A stretch of DNA of 64,000 nt from Tubiluchus corallicola. Lineage: Eukaryota > Animalia > Priapulida. The notes beneath the pieces were generated by a model that made no database searches, was not told the origin of the DNA, and saw nothing but the letters and a program-made list of their open reading frames with translations. Shown piece by piece: positions 40,701 through 53,491 of the stretch (position 1 is its first letter; the number at the start of each line of letters is the position of its first letter). The DNA lies in NCBI GenBank assembly GCA_030141605.1, contig JAQGDQ010000014.1:868001-932000 (forward strand). Direction: 5' to 3'. The position numbers and the translations under genes are program-made.

Positions 40701-43700
40701 CCTGTAAATCCCATCCTGGCACCCTCTATGGATTGTTTCCTCAAGCCATCAAGATCTACAATGGAAGCATTAAATGTCAAAAATTTGCTCAACGGCAACG
40801 ACTTACAAAGCGATGCAACTAATTAGAAACTCTAGCTTTGCTTAAACAAATGTTACTGCAGCAATTTGTCACGTTGATCAACCAGTTTCATAGAACACAA
40901 TTATTGATTACTTCATATCAGTATCTCTAATTTCCTCCTGAAACCCATCACAATGACTGAATACCACACTGTGACCTTAAGAACTGGCCAGGTCTTTGTC
41001 AGATCAAGGTCTTCGAAATATTAGTAACTGTGCAGCTCAAACTGCTAGCGATGCATTATAGTTTTCGTGACTACAGAAAAATCTTGAGCATGTTCCAAGT
41101 CAAAGCTGTAAGATCGGGAAAAAATAGATCGCTGCACAAACTCGGTATGAGAATGGTTTTGTCGGTTTAGTCCATCGTACTGAAGTCTTCATAGACGTAG
41201 TATTATCAAGTTATAATTTCGGTTCGTTAGTTTGCATCTCCATCGTGCTTTTAATACGACACAACTACATTCATAGGGATCGTAATACAGCAGGAAGAAG
41301 CCAGTTAACAGGGGAAGAGACAGTCTCTCATTGACACATGATCTTTGGAGGATTGGCCATGAACACTGTATTTCTGTATTCTGTAATTTTGCAGTGTTGC
41401 AGATGGGTCTCTTTGTCATTATCCAATGTGACAAGGGCTTAATGTCACGTTTTGCCCTAATTATATATTTCAATAAATAAAAGGGAATTTCGGTACAAAT
41501 ATTTGTGTGCCACATTTCACTTAAAATGCTTTTACAACAGAATTCTCAGTCTTCCATTCTTTATGCCCAACTATTTTTTACCATCAACTCTAACTGCATA
41601 GTTTTTTAATATTTTGGTGTTCCTTAGTGCTTATCACAATTGATCTTTGCCTTGCTTACAATCTTTAAGTCAAAAAAAGATTAAAAAATTTATCACTTGC
41701 ATTTATGACAAGTTATATAAAACGTAAAATTTCGACAAAGCAAAGATTGTATTGAAAATACCTTTAAAATTTATATGTACTAAATCTATAGCTTGCATTC
41801 CAAAAGCTTTACAGTTTACCACAGTTTTCTGCCTGGCATACATTAATTCACTTGCATCATCAGTCCTGGTTGCCCCTGAGCACAAAAAAAACACACAAAT
41901 AGTTGCTAGTAGATACTTGTGCTAGAGATTCAGGCTACATTTTTTAAAAAATTTCCCAAACAAGCTAAAGACCCTGAAACATGAAGACACCTTGCAAAAA
42001 ATTGCAAAAAAGGTAAAATACCCCACAACACTTAATAAACCTTTAATGAAAAACAGCACAATGATTCAGTTCAACACTTTGGGCTTTCAGGTTACTAAAG
42101 TAAAAACAGTTACCAAATACTTTACTTAATTAAAACATTTTTGATAAGTCTGTTATTTTAAATGATGGGTTTTCACTCACAACATTGTATTTCCTTACAA
42201 GTCCTTTTGTGTGTTACAAGTACACATGGTAACATTCGCTATTAATCAAATCAAAATTATTATGTAGTGAGCCTTTCGGCCTTTTTTGCCAAAACGTGTC
42301 CATAGTTGTAGACTGAAATATAACGAATTTTCTTTTCTTTATTGTGCAATTTTTCATTAGTTGTACCAATTCTTGACATTAAGCATTATGTCTGTATAAA
42401 AAGATGTTTATTAAAAGAAAATGTCATTGATGAACAGGGGATTATACAAGTGTCATAAACTAGATCTGACTGAATCAGCAAAACAACTTTGCAGTCAAAT
42501 GGGCTAAGACAACAGGCTAAATAAAATATAAACATTACTACGTTGATTAGCATTAAGTAAACAAAACACATAAAGTACTATCTGGAGAAGGCACTCGGTT
42601 TCATGAGCCAACATGTTAGTCACACAGACCAAAGGCAGCAAACTAATAAAACTGGCAATTCACTAAAACCTTTGCATTGAACTATCTCACTCTGAGGTAA
42701 CTTCTGGACTACTTCTAAAAGTTTTGAAGTAATAACTGATAAACAGAAAACAAGGGTACGATCTGAACTAATGCCACTTGTCAGAGCTAAAATCACAATG
42801 CACAAATTTATGATATTCTTAACTAAAAGTTGCTTCAAGCCACAAATTTGCATAATATTATACTATTAATCATTCAACGTTTGTCACATAGTCACATTAC
42901 TGAAAATTTTATTGCAAATAGTAAAGCATAACATTACATGTTGCAATAAAAACCTTGAAAATTTAAATTATTAACTAAATAATAACTTACTAGCTAGCTC
43001 AAACACCAAATAATTTAAATACTCTAAAATTAAAAATCATTTACCTATGCTTGCACAGAAATCATCGGACCCAAAAACAATGCAGTCAAATTGATGTATT
43101 GGATGCGTTTCCGATAAGCTAGCAGCTTCCTTACAAATATCATGCAAGTTGACCAACCCTAATGCACTCTCAATGTATATGATGATGTTAATCTTACTGC
43201 TTTGTGACAGACGTGAGCCCAGGTGTAAGTGTATTGCTTCAGATATCTGCAATGTGATTATCATTTAAGCATGTAAATTGTTACATTTCTAATAAAGCTA
43301 CAAGACCCTGTAAAATTTGGAATTTTGTGTTTACTTTACCTATACAATGTATTCCATAAATAAAATTACGATAAGTAAGTAACATACAATTGAGTGCAGA
43401 GAATATATAAATCATAAGCATGAGAGTCAAAAAAAACACAGATGAAGTATAAGATGCATTAACATTTCATACATTAATAACCATAAAATTATACCTCATG
43501 TCTAAACCATTTAGCAAGTTATTTATAAAATTCACTCTGTACTGTAAAACACATTTCGTTTTCCAAGAATCACTTAAAATTGTGAATTCTTGTTTTTGCA
43601 CAAAATTAATAAAACATGAGCACCAAAAAGATGATAAAAAATAAAGCAACCTGTAAACGTTTACAAATACAACATTGAAGGAAGTTTGAATGAAATTGAG

Positions 43701-45355
43701 CTACACGAACTGTTGGCAATTAAAATGAAGAAGGTTAAATAAAGCAACGCTAATGATTCGTTTTAACATTTTAAGTCTACTAATTTGCACTCTTTATATT
43801 AAATAAAATAAAGTAATCTGCCAACTATCTTGCTTTTGCATTTTAAGTATGTGGCACACTACTATAACAAATAACCATAGCAACATACCAGATTAATCTG
43901 TGAAGAATCTTCTACTTTTGGAAACAACACAGTAGTGGGAAGAGTTTTTGCCTGAAATACGGCCTTCATATCATCATTGCATAGTGAGTTTGTGACTGGA
44001 TTAAATCGCACACACAGTTCTGTTGATCCGAAAGCAACAGAATCTATAGCCTTCCTTATGGTACTCCTAGCAACTTCCTAAAATGCGACAATCCTGTACA
44101 GGCAAAAATCACAAAACAACTGAAGTTATTACAAATGAAGCATGTAGATAGTACCATTTTACTTGCAATGAATTACAAACAATGGGAGCATTTGCTAGAT
44201 TACAGTTTTAAACTAAAATTGTACGAACCTTTTTGTTAGTAGCTACACCATCTTCACAGTCAAGAATCACAGCATCAACATCCAGCTTTGCAGCTTTCTC
44301 TATCTTCTTTTCATCATCACCAGGCACATATAGTAAAGCCCTGTAATAATTAAATGAAAGCACTAAGTGACATTTCTTTATTAAAACTAAACACCTCAAG
44401 AAAAGACAGGTACGACATACACCAGACAATTATTGTAATAAAATTTTAAGTTAATGTATTTTAGTGGTTAAATATTTTGTTGTGTGTCAATGATTTAATA
44501 AAATCACCTTTTAAAAATCAGTCTTTTGTTTTTGTCTTTTGGCTAATATATTACTAAATACAGTTTAATAATGTATGTTTGTGAAATAAAAATGTGAAAC
44601 AAATGGAAAATTCTTGCACAAAATATCTTAAAGGAAAACCGGATGATTGCGTAAACATTAGTTCAGAATAAAGAATGCTCTAAAATAATGAAAACTACAT
44701 AGTTTATAGTTTTTCTTTAAATCAAAGCTCAGATTAAATAATAATTACCTCGGATACTCAAATTTCGTTAAACTTTCAAAGCTACGCGCGGCTCAGTAAA
44801 TATACTAAGATTGACCGTTGCCAATCTTAGTATATTTACTGAGCGGTGCCTTTTTGTCACATTTGCGTGGCTGACAAATAGAAGGCGGCACCATGATAAG
44901 CATGATCATGAACTGCAGTGTTAGTTTCTGACATCATATGATGTAGAGCCCATTTTTCATCACATCATGTGTTTAAACAGTACTGTAACACTTATGCAAA
45001 TGTGCTTGATGCACAAGGGAAGACCTCTGCATTGCACAAACTGTGGTAAGTTTCTGAAGTAAGCAATAGCTGTGGTTGGCTGCCGTTAATGAACTTTCTA
45101 AGCTAATTATTCAAATATAAGGAACAAATGTTAACTTTTATAGGCAAGAAAATGTATATTTTCAGCAGTAAATTAAAATGAGATTGAGTCTAAACAATCG
45201 ACCGGTCTTCCTTTAAAAGTGCTTGATAAATATTACCGTCGTGGTGTAAATCTTTGTGAGCCAGACAATACACACATTGACCTTAAACCAAAGAAACACG
45301 GCTGCTTTAGTAAGATGTGCCTAGCAAACGCAGCAGACTTTTGAGAATTCATCAT
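37730..45355 (-). CDS. CLYBL: Citramalyl-CoA lyase / citrate lyase beta-like protein, mitochondrial, ~337 aa
   Basis: Exons 45355-45237, 44340-44229, 44077-43889, 43246-43045, 41875-41762, 40755-40577 and 37828-37730, all GT-AG and in phase. Motifs PRRALLYVPG, LDCEDGV, FGSDDFCASIG, QAIDLV, MGFTGKQVIHP, GAFTFQGSMIDMPLL. The basic, acid-free N-terminus is consistent with a mitochondrial presequence. Confidence 0.96.
39639..40061. mobile_element. hAT-like MITE family A, copy 3 (inverted)
   Basis: TIR tagtgatg / caccacta and TSD ctctgagg / ctctgagt. Reverse complement of copies 1 and 2. Confidence 0.75.
44791..44844. repeat. Perfect 23-bp-stem hairpin in CLYBL intron
   Basis: gctcagtaaatatactaagattg - accgttgc - caatcttagtatatttactgagc. 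Confidence 0.9.
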
Positions 45356-46571
45356 TTCAGCTTTCACCTGATATAATTTTAAAAATAAATTAACACAAAC
45401 CTATGCAAACTGCAAGTTCCAATGTCCGTTAGCTATTAGGATTCGATGTGTCACCGAAGCTATATTGCCAGTGAAGCCACATTTTAGTTCTTACACTTAT
45501 GCAACAGTGCTAACAATTAAGGCTAATTCTGTTCTAACACTGCCACATAAAACATTCTCTAATGACCTAATTAAGTCAAACTGTATCTGAAAAAGATGAG
45601 CATCACCTACTGTTTATCAAAGTAGTAATGTTTTTGAGCACGTAGCTAACTTAAATAAACTAGCTGAACAAATATCTAATGGAGTTAAGTTTTTGATGAT
45701 ACTTGGTTAACATAAATTATTTTTAAACAGTAGGAACTGTGCTTAAGCTACTCTAATCTTAAATTAAAGTGAGCAGGCACACAGTCTAAACTTTGTGCCT
45801 GACATTGTCTTCATTTAATAGAGATTGCCAAAAGTGATCTCTAGATCTGCAAGAAAATTAAAATGTCCGCTGTGCAAAAAGAGAAAAACGTAGTCCAAGT
45901 ATGAGGAGTGGTTAAACACATAGCTAAGAAGAGTTGTTGAAGTAAAACTTCACAATAGCAATTAAAGAAGTGGATGAATTTGTGACTGGTGTCCTGTACA
46001 TTTCGGAAAGATTGTAGTATCTGCCAAACTTTACAATGGCTACAAAAATGCTATCATCATAACCACCAATGTGACATACTAAAATACTGGTTTCATGGTA
46101 CAACAGTAGAGTATTTTGACTCACTATTAAACCTACTGGAACTAAACTCTATGGGACCACTCTTATAATAACTCCAAGTAATAACTCCTGTAGGACCATA
46201 AGGTCCCCAAAGCCATAATGTACCATCCCTCAAACCTAGAGTTGTGATTGCTTTTTCTGTTTGCAATTTGTTCATTTGCTTACCTGGCAAAAATATATTA
46301 ACTTGATGTTTATTTCCAAAATCCCACAATAAGTACACCAACTATACATGAGCTGTATACATAGCAAACAGCAAACAAGAAAAGGTGTTGAACATATTTT
46401 AGACATTAGTTCATGCCAGGAAGAAGGCCATGTAAGGCCAGTATAGGGACTACATACATTGTCATTATCAACCTCGGGCCTTTTTGTTGGTCCAAGATCT
46501 TCACGTAGCTTAATCATAATGATAAAGCTAGATAATCGACAGTACAGCCTAGGATGTGGACATTCTTTAAT

Positions 46572-48176
46572 AAACATTAATGCTCGAGCCCCCAGCCAAT
46601 GCAATCTTTTTATTTGGATTTGCTTACTCTAGTCCAATGAATCCCCTTCACTACATTGTAAAGGATGAGGCAATTATTTCAATTTAACTTAATACTCGAG
46701 CCCAGTGTTTACACAGGTACCAAAAATCAGACTTGGGTACCTTTTCCCGATACCTGTCGGGTACCAGGGTAGCCGATTGTTAAGATTCAGCGGCAGTGAA
46801 GAAATTGTAATGATTTATGTTCACAAGTAAAAACAACCACTGGTACATTTTAACTAGCTGCACTGTTATGTTAACATAAACCATTCAGTTGATACACCCT
46901 GAAAGGCTGAACACACAAACTATAAGTCACAAAAGTTAGTGTTTACCCACACAAGCTGATATCTGCCAAACTTCTTAATACTTAATTACATGTTTCGTAA
47001 ATAAGTCAGCTATGTCAGTACATCAGCTACATTAGCACTACTAGCATAGCGATTAGAGGAATAAAATAATCTATACTATCCTTTTTCTTGCTCTTAAACT
47101 TAACAATCTATATAATTGGCGATGAATGCCCAGGTGGACCACTCTAACAAGTTCCTTCATTATTTTTGACTTATGAAATGCAAACCAGTCTGAACTCAAC
47201 TCGTTCAGTGAAATAAAGTTTATACTTCAATACGTAACGATGTAAATTAATCATTTATTCTCTCGGAACCGTTAGTCCGATTTATACTGCAAATCTTACT
47301 CATAGTAACTCAACAAGTTAGCAGTAAAATAACCACCAAATGGTTGCACAGAAAATGACATTGATACAATGCTTATACACTACTAAACTACAGTGATACG
47401 GTGAATTCGCCACTGATCGCCCGTTATGAATGCCATTTCATAAGTGATAAAATCCAGCGGCCTGACAAGTATCAACCAACAGAAAAATTTGACGAATTCT
47501 GGACTCTCGGTACAACTTCACAAAAAGACGATCCCAGTTCTATATACGGGGAAAATAAGTCATAGATCATGAACTGTAAATCGGCTTTGGTCACAGTTAA
47601 AATCCACTTATTCGTATTTTCATTAATGGCTGCCGCAAATAGTTTTTTAAAGGTTAATAAACAATTTCATTTGGATAACTAACCTCTCGGTAAAGAAATC
47701 ATAGTTTGTTTTTTGTAAATCACCTCTACGGCAAAAGTGGTTTGATTTGCCAGCTCATTATTGGCTGTCAGCCTGACATGCTGCCAACGCAACAGTTAAT
47801 ACCAATATTCTTGTCATTATTAGATATGCGCTGTACAACTGCACAGCAGAAGTTGACATTTAAATTTCCTAACAATAGATATCCTATTACAAAGAATGTC
47901 TGCATTTTCATTGTTGGCACCTGGTAGAAATATTATTACTAGGCTTTATTAATAAACAATGTTTGGCACAATATGTTTTGCGACACAGTCCACGATCGTG
48001 GACATACGTACAGAAACCAACGAAGATTGGAGAGGTTTATAAGCTATTTATCAGCTTAACCTCTATCCTTCGACGGTAACGGTACCCGATGAAAACATTG
48101 CTCGAGCCCCTAACCAATGTAAACTTTTTATTTGGATTTGCTTGCGCTAGTCTAAAGAACCCTATTTCATTACATC
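46572..48176 (+). repeat. Pair of ~85-bp dispersed direct repeats (46572-46657 and 48093-48176)
   Basis: gctcgagcccc..ccaatg.aa.ctttttatttggatttgctt..ctagtc.aa.gaa at both positions. Confidence 0.7.
47200..47800. promoter_or_regulatory. Candidate shared promoter region of divergent CLYBL and RCAN
   Basis: Both genes' first coding exons are preceded by splice acceptors (~45367 on -, 48960 on +), so non-coding first exons must lie upstream. This interval has more CpG than its surroundings and an aatggctgcc (YY1-like) motif. Inference only. Confidence 0.3.
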
Positions 48177-48970
48177 ATACACATCACCATTAACGTTCTT
48201 GTAGGGCTATCTGCCACCAAAATCTATAACCACGACGAGTTTCCGTATGCTATGCCCAATTGCCCATGTGCCAGCCCTCTAACAAAACTTTTGTCTGCAA
48301 TATGGGAAATCGTAACTATGGCAAGTGTTTTTAGAAGGAATGCAAAGGTCTTTCATGTTACACATGTTGATTATTATTCTATTGCTTGATGTTTTCTTTG
48401 TCAATGTGCATGTTTCCGAATTGTTTCGTAAAATGTAATAAAGCTGTTAAAAAGCCAATTTCAAGCCTCACTAGTCTAGGTAAGGTAACTACTCCAGTGA
48501 AACTGAAATGTAGTTAATTTAGAAGTTTTGGTAGGCTAAATTCTAGGGTAGGGTGCCAAATACTTTTTATACAGTTAATTCATATTCACATTGTCAAGCA
48601 GCCCCACATAACTATAATGAATTCATTACTTAGAGACAGAGACATTTCTTGTGCCACACTTCATGATCGCAGTGTGGCTACCTATTTTCTTTATTTTTAA
48701 TAAAGTAAACAAGAAAGAATGGAGAGGTCTATAAGCTGCTATGCTTAATTTTTGACGGTAAATTAGTTTTGGATTGCATGCATGGAACTATCACTTTATA
48801 CTAGTGCTTGCTTAGCATTAACAGTCAGTGTGTTGAACCATACATTAGCTGGGAAATGTGAATTCAAATGGAAAAAACTATATGTCTTACAGCCAGGTTT
48901 AAAAAAATAGCTAATTGTATTACGCAGATGAATTAATTTATTAATGAACCTTGATTTTAGTATTTATTTG

Positions 48971-51900
48971 ATGGTCATTATGGACCGACTCCCTGGTGAT
49001 CTTCTGCTAAACTTGGAACAACTGCAGATTGATAATGATGAAGAGTTACCAGATGCATCAGCACTTTCCACTTCGCTCATTGTAACGGGTGCCGATCTAT
49101 CAGTGTTTGATGATATACATGCACGGGTGAGTAAGAAATTTCTATTCTCCTACTTCCTGTTTTTAAGATACCAAGTAAGCCATAATATACTTGCTGCTGT
49201 TGAGCACTGTCGTTTCATGAATCTCTGGTAAATGAAAGTAAATCTACCATAATATAGTCGACAGTGGACTTTAGGATCACACAGGACCAAATTACGCTCA
49301 GTTCTAGCAATTCAAAACAATTTTTTCATGATCACCTTGATGATTTGATCGATTTCGTCAATGAACTAATGTCATTTAAGTTAGTCTCACACTACACATT
49401 TTAAACTATAGACTTAATCATTCTGTCTATCGCTAACTCAAGAACTACTACTGAACACTTTTATCGGGTGTGTTATCTAATATTTAAATATACAGTGTTT
49501 AATAATGGTCATGAGGAATGTTACTATTGAGTTTTCCCTTTTCTTGCTATTATAATCTGGAACTATATTGCTTTTGGTGCTTCTAAAGATGTAGATGAGA
49601 TCTCTCAATGGCTTAAAGAAAAAGTCAGAAGTCAAACAGTCTTTCATGAATTTCAATATACAATTAAAAATACTGAAATTTCAGCATAATATATTCACTG
49701 AAAAAGCCTTGCTTGAAACAACAAAAGAAAGCTGTAATCATTCGTACTATGAGTGAGTAAGTTTAGAAATAAAGGTTAAGCAAATGCCAGGGTGAGTCTC
49801 CTTTCATTTCCTTTGACTGAGGTCCTGAGTGACTTTTGACAATGTATAACTGGGAAATATAACATAGCAACCAAGCTGTTCAACTTTTGCAACTGCCTGA
49901 CTTAATCTCACTTGTTTTGAAATTCTCAAACCAGTCCATTGTCCATCATTGTATTAATATTGTAATCTTGTTATTGTGATGGTGAAAAGCCATTTACTTT
50001 CACCCCCCCCCCCCTACCTCTACATTGTAACGGTCGTTTCATTACAAAACCACAGTGTGTGGGCATTAAATACCAGTTGTAAAAGCACCTGTAAGTAACG
50101 GTTCCATGGTCCACTAACAGTGCAGACAGGTGTGTTTACCATTTCAGTACCTATTCCGCAACCCAGAACGAGAAATGTAGGACAAGTATGCTAGCAAGTT
50201 TAACATTCATTTCTGGGCAAACTCTGGTATTTCTACGGGAATATTAATGACCAGTGCTATCAACGCCATTGCTGACAATTCAATATCTTAAGCTAATTGA
50301 AACTAATTATTGTTTTTTAGCACCTCTTTGAAGATAAATTCCGTCAATTTGATCCAGATGCTGAATTCCACTATTTAAAAAGCTTTCGCCGTGCGAGGAT
50401 AAACTTTTCCTCGCCAGATCGTGCTGAATATGCAAAAATGGATATGCACAACTCAGAGATCTGTGGCAAAGCTATCAAATGTTTTTTTGCTCAGGTATGT
50501 GTCTGTATTGATTTTATGTTACTCTTTAAAGTTTGACAATTTGCTCACACCAAGAATTTGCCTAGTTAATAGGTCCTGCTGATTCTGCCCACTGTTATAA
50601 TCTTTCCATTCTAAAAAAATTACTGTCCATGTCTTTGTCTGTCTTTGTTCATCTTCATTTCATAATAATTAGTTGTTGTAGTTCCAAAACATGTATCATA
50701 CTTTTAGCTTGTTAGAGTTTACTTGGTATGTACATCCTATATCGTCTGGTTTCAAAATACCTGGTTTTTGATTAATCTGACAAGTTGGTGTTCAATTTGA
50801 CCAAATTTCTATGCAATAATGGGTACAAAACATTATATGATAATTTTGTCTACTATTATACCAACAACTGAAATGGGCTGAAAAAGTGATAAAAAGTGAT
50901 TTGTGCCAATTAATCCTCATTCGGTAATCGCGATTTGAATAATATTACTGAAATTCATAGTTATCAACCTTTATCTATGAACAACTTTGCAGCACTATCC
51001 CAGATTTTGATAAAACTGGACACATTTCTCATTTCTTATAGAACAGAATGTCAAGTTGACATCAGGCAAAAACAGGCAGTTGTGACCAGTAATTATGAAA
51101 TATTGGCAACCAATTGTGTTTCTAGGTCCTTGTCCCAGTACAGCCATTTATACACCCTGCTACTGAGTGCTTGATACCAGCTTGCAATGTTCCAGCTATA
51201 TACAAAGCTCAAAAAAATGTTGATATAGTTCTGCAGTCATTACATTTTTCTTGTTTTATATTCTTTGAATATCTTGTATACTTTTGTTTTGTTTATGTGC
51301 AACATGTCTGTTCTTCAGTAAATTTTGTTGTTGTTTTTAATTATTTTTTATTTCCTATTCAAGGGATGGAACTAATTTTTATATACATTTTTATCAGTAG
51401 TAGCATTTGTATTTTTACATAAATATATTTTTTAAAGAAACACCTGAACCGTTTGGGTGTCACTATAACTATACATCTATAAGTCTACTCTTTCCCATGT
51501 AGGACTCACTTTTATTTTTCATTTTTCAGCCAATTAAAATGAAATGCAACTACAGTGGCCTTTTAGAGCCGCCTCCTGTAGAAAAGCAATTCCTCATTTC
51601 TCCACCTGCATCGCCTCCCGTCGGATGGGAACAGATGCAAGAAAATCGTCCTATAATCAACTATGAGTTGGTGTCAGCATTAGCACATCTGACTCCAGGT
51701 ATGTAACAAACTACGAGTTGTTGTCAGCATTAGCACATCTGACTCCTGGTATGTAACAAACTACGAGTTGTTGTCAGCATTAGCACATCTGACTCCTGGT
51801 ATGTAGCAAACTACGAGTTGTTGTCAGCATTAGCACATCTGACTCCAGGTATGTAACAAACTACGAGGTTGTGTCAGCATTAGCACATTTGACTCCAGGT

Positions 51901-53491
51901 ATGTAATAAACTGCAAGTTGGTGTCAGCATTAACACATTTGACTCCAGGTATGTAATAAACTACGAGTTGATATCAGCATTAGCACATCTGACTCCAGGT
52001 ATGTAACAAACTACGAGTTGTTGTCAGCATTAGCACATCTGACTCCTGGTATGTAACAAACTACGAGTTGTTGTCAGCATTAGCACATCTGACTCCAGGT
52101 ATGTAACAAACTACGAGGTTGTGTCAGCATTAGCACATTTGACTCCAGGTATGTAATAAACTGCAAGTTGGTGTCAGCATTAGCACATTTGATTCCAGGT
52201 ATGTAATAAACTACGAGTTGATATCAGCATTAGCACATTTGACTCCAGGTATGTAATAAACTATGAGTTGTTGTCAGCATTAGCCCATTTGGCTCCAGGT
52301 ATGTAACAAACTACGAGTTGTTGTCAGCATTAGCACATCTGACTCCAGGTATGTAATAAACTATGAGTTGTTGTCAGCATTGGCACATCTGACTCCAGGT
52401 ATGTAACAAACTACGAGTTGTTGTCAGCATTAGCACATCTGACTCCAGGTATGTAACAAACTACGAGTTGGTGTCAGCATTAACACATTTGACTCCAGGT
52501 ATGTAATAAACTACGAGTTGATGTCAGCATTAGCACATTTGACTCCAGGTATGTAATAAACTATGAGCTGGTGTCAGCATTAGCACATTTGACTCCAGGT
52601 ATGTAATAACTATGAGTTGGTGTCAGCATTAGCACATTTGACTCCAGACATGTAATAAACTACGAGTTGGTATCAGCATTAGCACATTTGACTCCAGGTA
52701 TGTAATAACTATGAGTTGGTGTCAGCATTAGCCCATTTGGCTCCAGGTATGTAATAAACTACGAGTTGGTGTCAGCATTAGCACATTTGACTCCAGGTAC
52801 GTAATAAACTACAAGTTGGTGTCAGCATTAGCATATTTGACTCCAGGTATGTAAAAAAAACGTGTGAGGAGGCTCTGTCTGTTTAGTTTTTTTTGCATTG
52901 TATTGTAAAATTGTAGTGCAAATCATCATAAATTATTATAATGTATTATAATAAAGCTGGTATTAGCTTCAACACACTTGACCTTAGGTATGTAATAAGT
53001 AACGAGCTGGTATCAGTTTTAGAGCTCTTAATGCCAGGTATGTAATAAACTATGGTATCACTTATATGCCTACACACTTAGCTCCAAGTACATAATAATC
53101 TACAAGTTAGTGTTAGCTTTCATACACTTAGATCCAGACAATTTAATCGACTACAAACTAGTATCAACTTTAGCACACTCAACTCATAGTTTGTAGTAAA
53201 CAGTGAGCTGGTATCAACACTAGCACATACAATTTTAAGACGTGCTTAGAATGATACAGGCTTATATGGTTTGCAGGTTTGTAAAGCATTTGCACATGTT
53301 TGGCAGGGTTACAATGTAATCTTTTTTTATTAAGTATTTTGATTTTTATATTTTCTTTTGTCCTTTTAGGAGAAATAGAGGTTCATCCTCCAAGTGATCA
53401 GCATCCTGCAATAGTGGTGCACGTGTGTGAAGATCTCTTTCAAGGTCCACGACCCCGAATAGTACAAACTCGCTGTCCTGAACGTGACTGA
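48971..53491 (+). CDS. RCAN: Calcipressin / regulator of calcineurin (RCAN, sarah-like)
   Basis: Exons 48971 (or 48980)-49126, 50321-50494, 51530-51698 and 53370-53491 are in phase. Motifs: RRM-like YLKSFRRARINF..KCFFAQ, LEPPPVEKQFLISPPASPPVGW signature, PxIxIT-like PAIVVH, C-terminal IVQTRCP. Confidence 0.96.
51661..52858 (+). repeat. 24-copy 50-bp tandem array made of RCAN exon 3 end + 5' splice site
   Basis: Consensus ctaYgagttgKtgtcagcattagcacatYtgactccag|gtatgtaaYaaa. The first unit contains the true exon/intron boundary (51698/51699). Two units are 49 bp. Confidence 0.97.
52950..53232 (+). repeat. Degenerate older copies (~5-6) of the same 50-bp unit
   Basis: e.g. acacttgaccttag|gtatgtaataa, gagctggtatcag..atgccag|gtatgtaataaactat, gagctggtatcaacactagcaca. 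Confidence 0.8.

Noticed and set aside
51661-52858. CRISPR array
   Set aside because: No unique spacers; the whole 50-bp unit repeats, it derives from a eukaryotic exon-intron boundary, and there are no cas genes.
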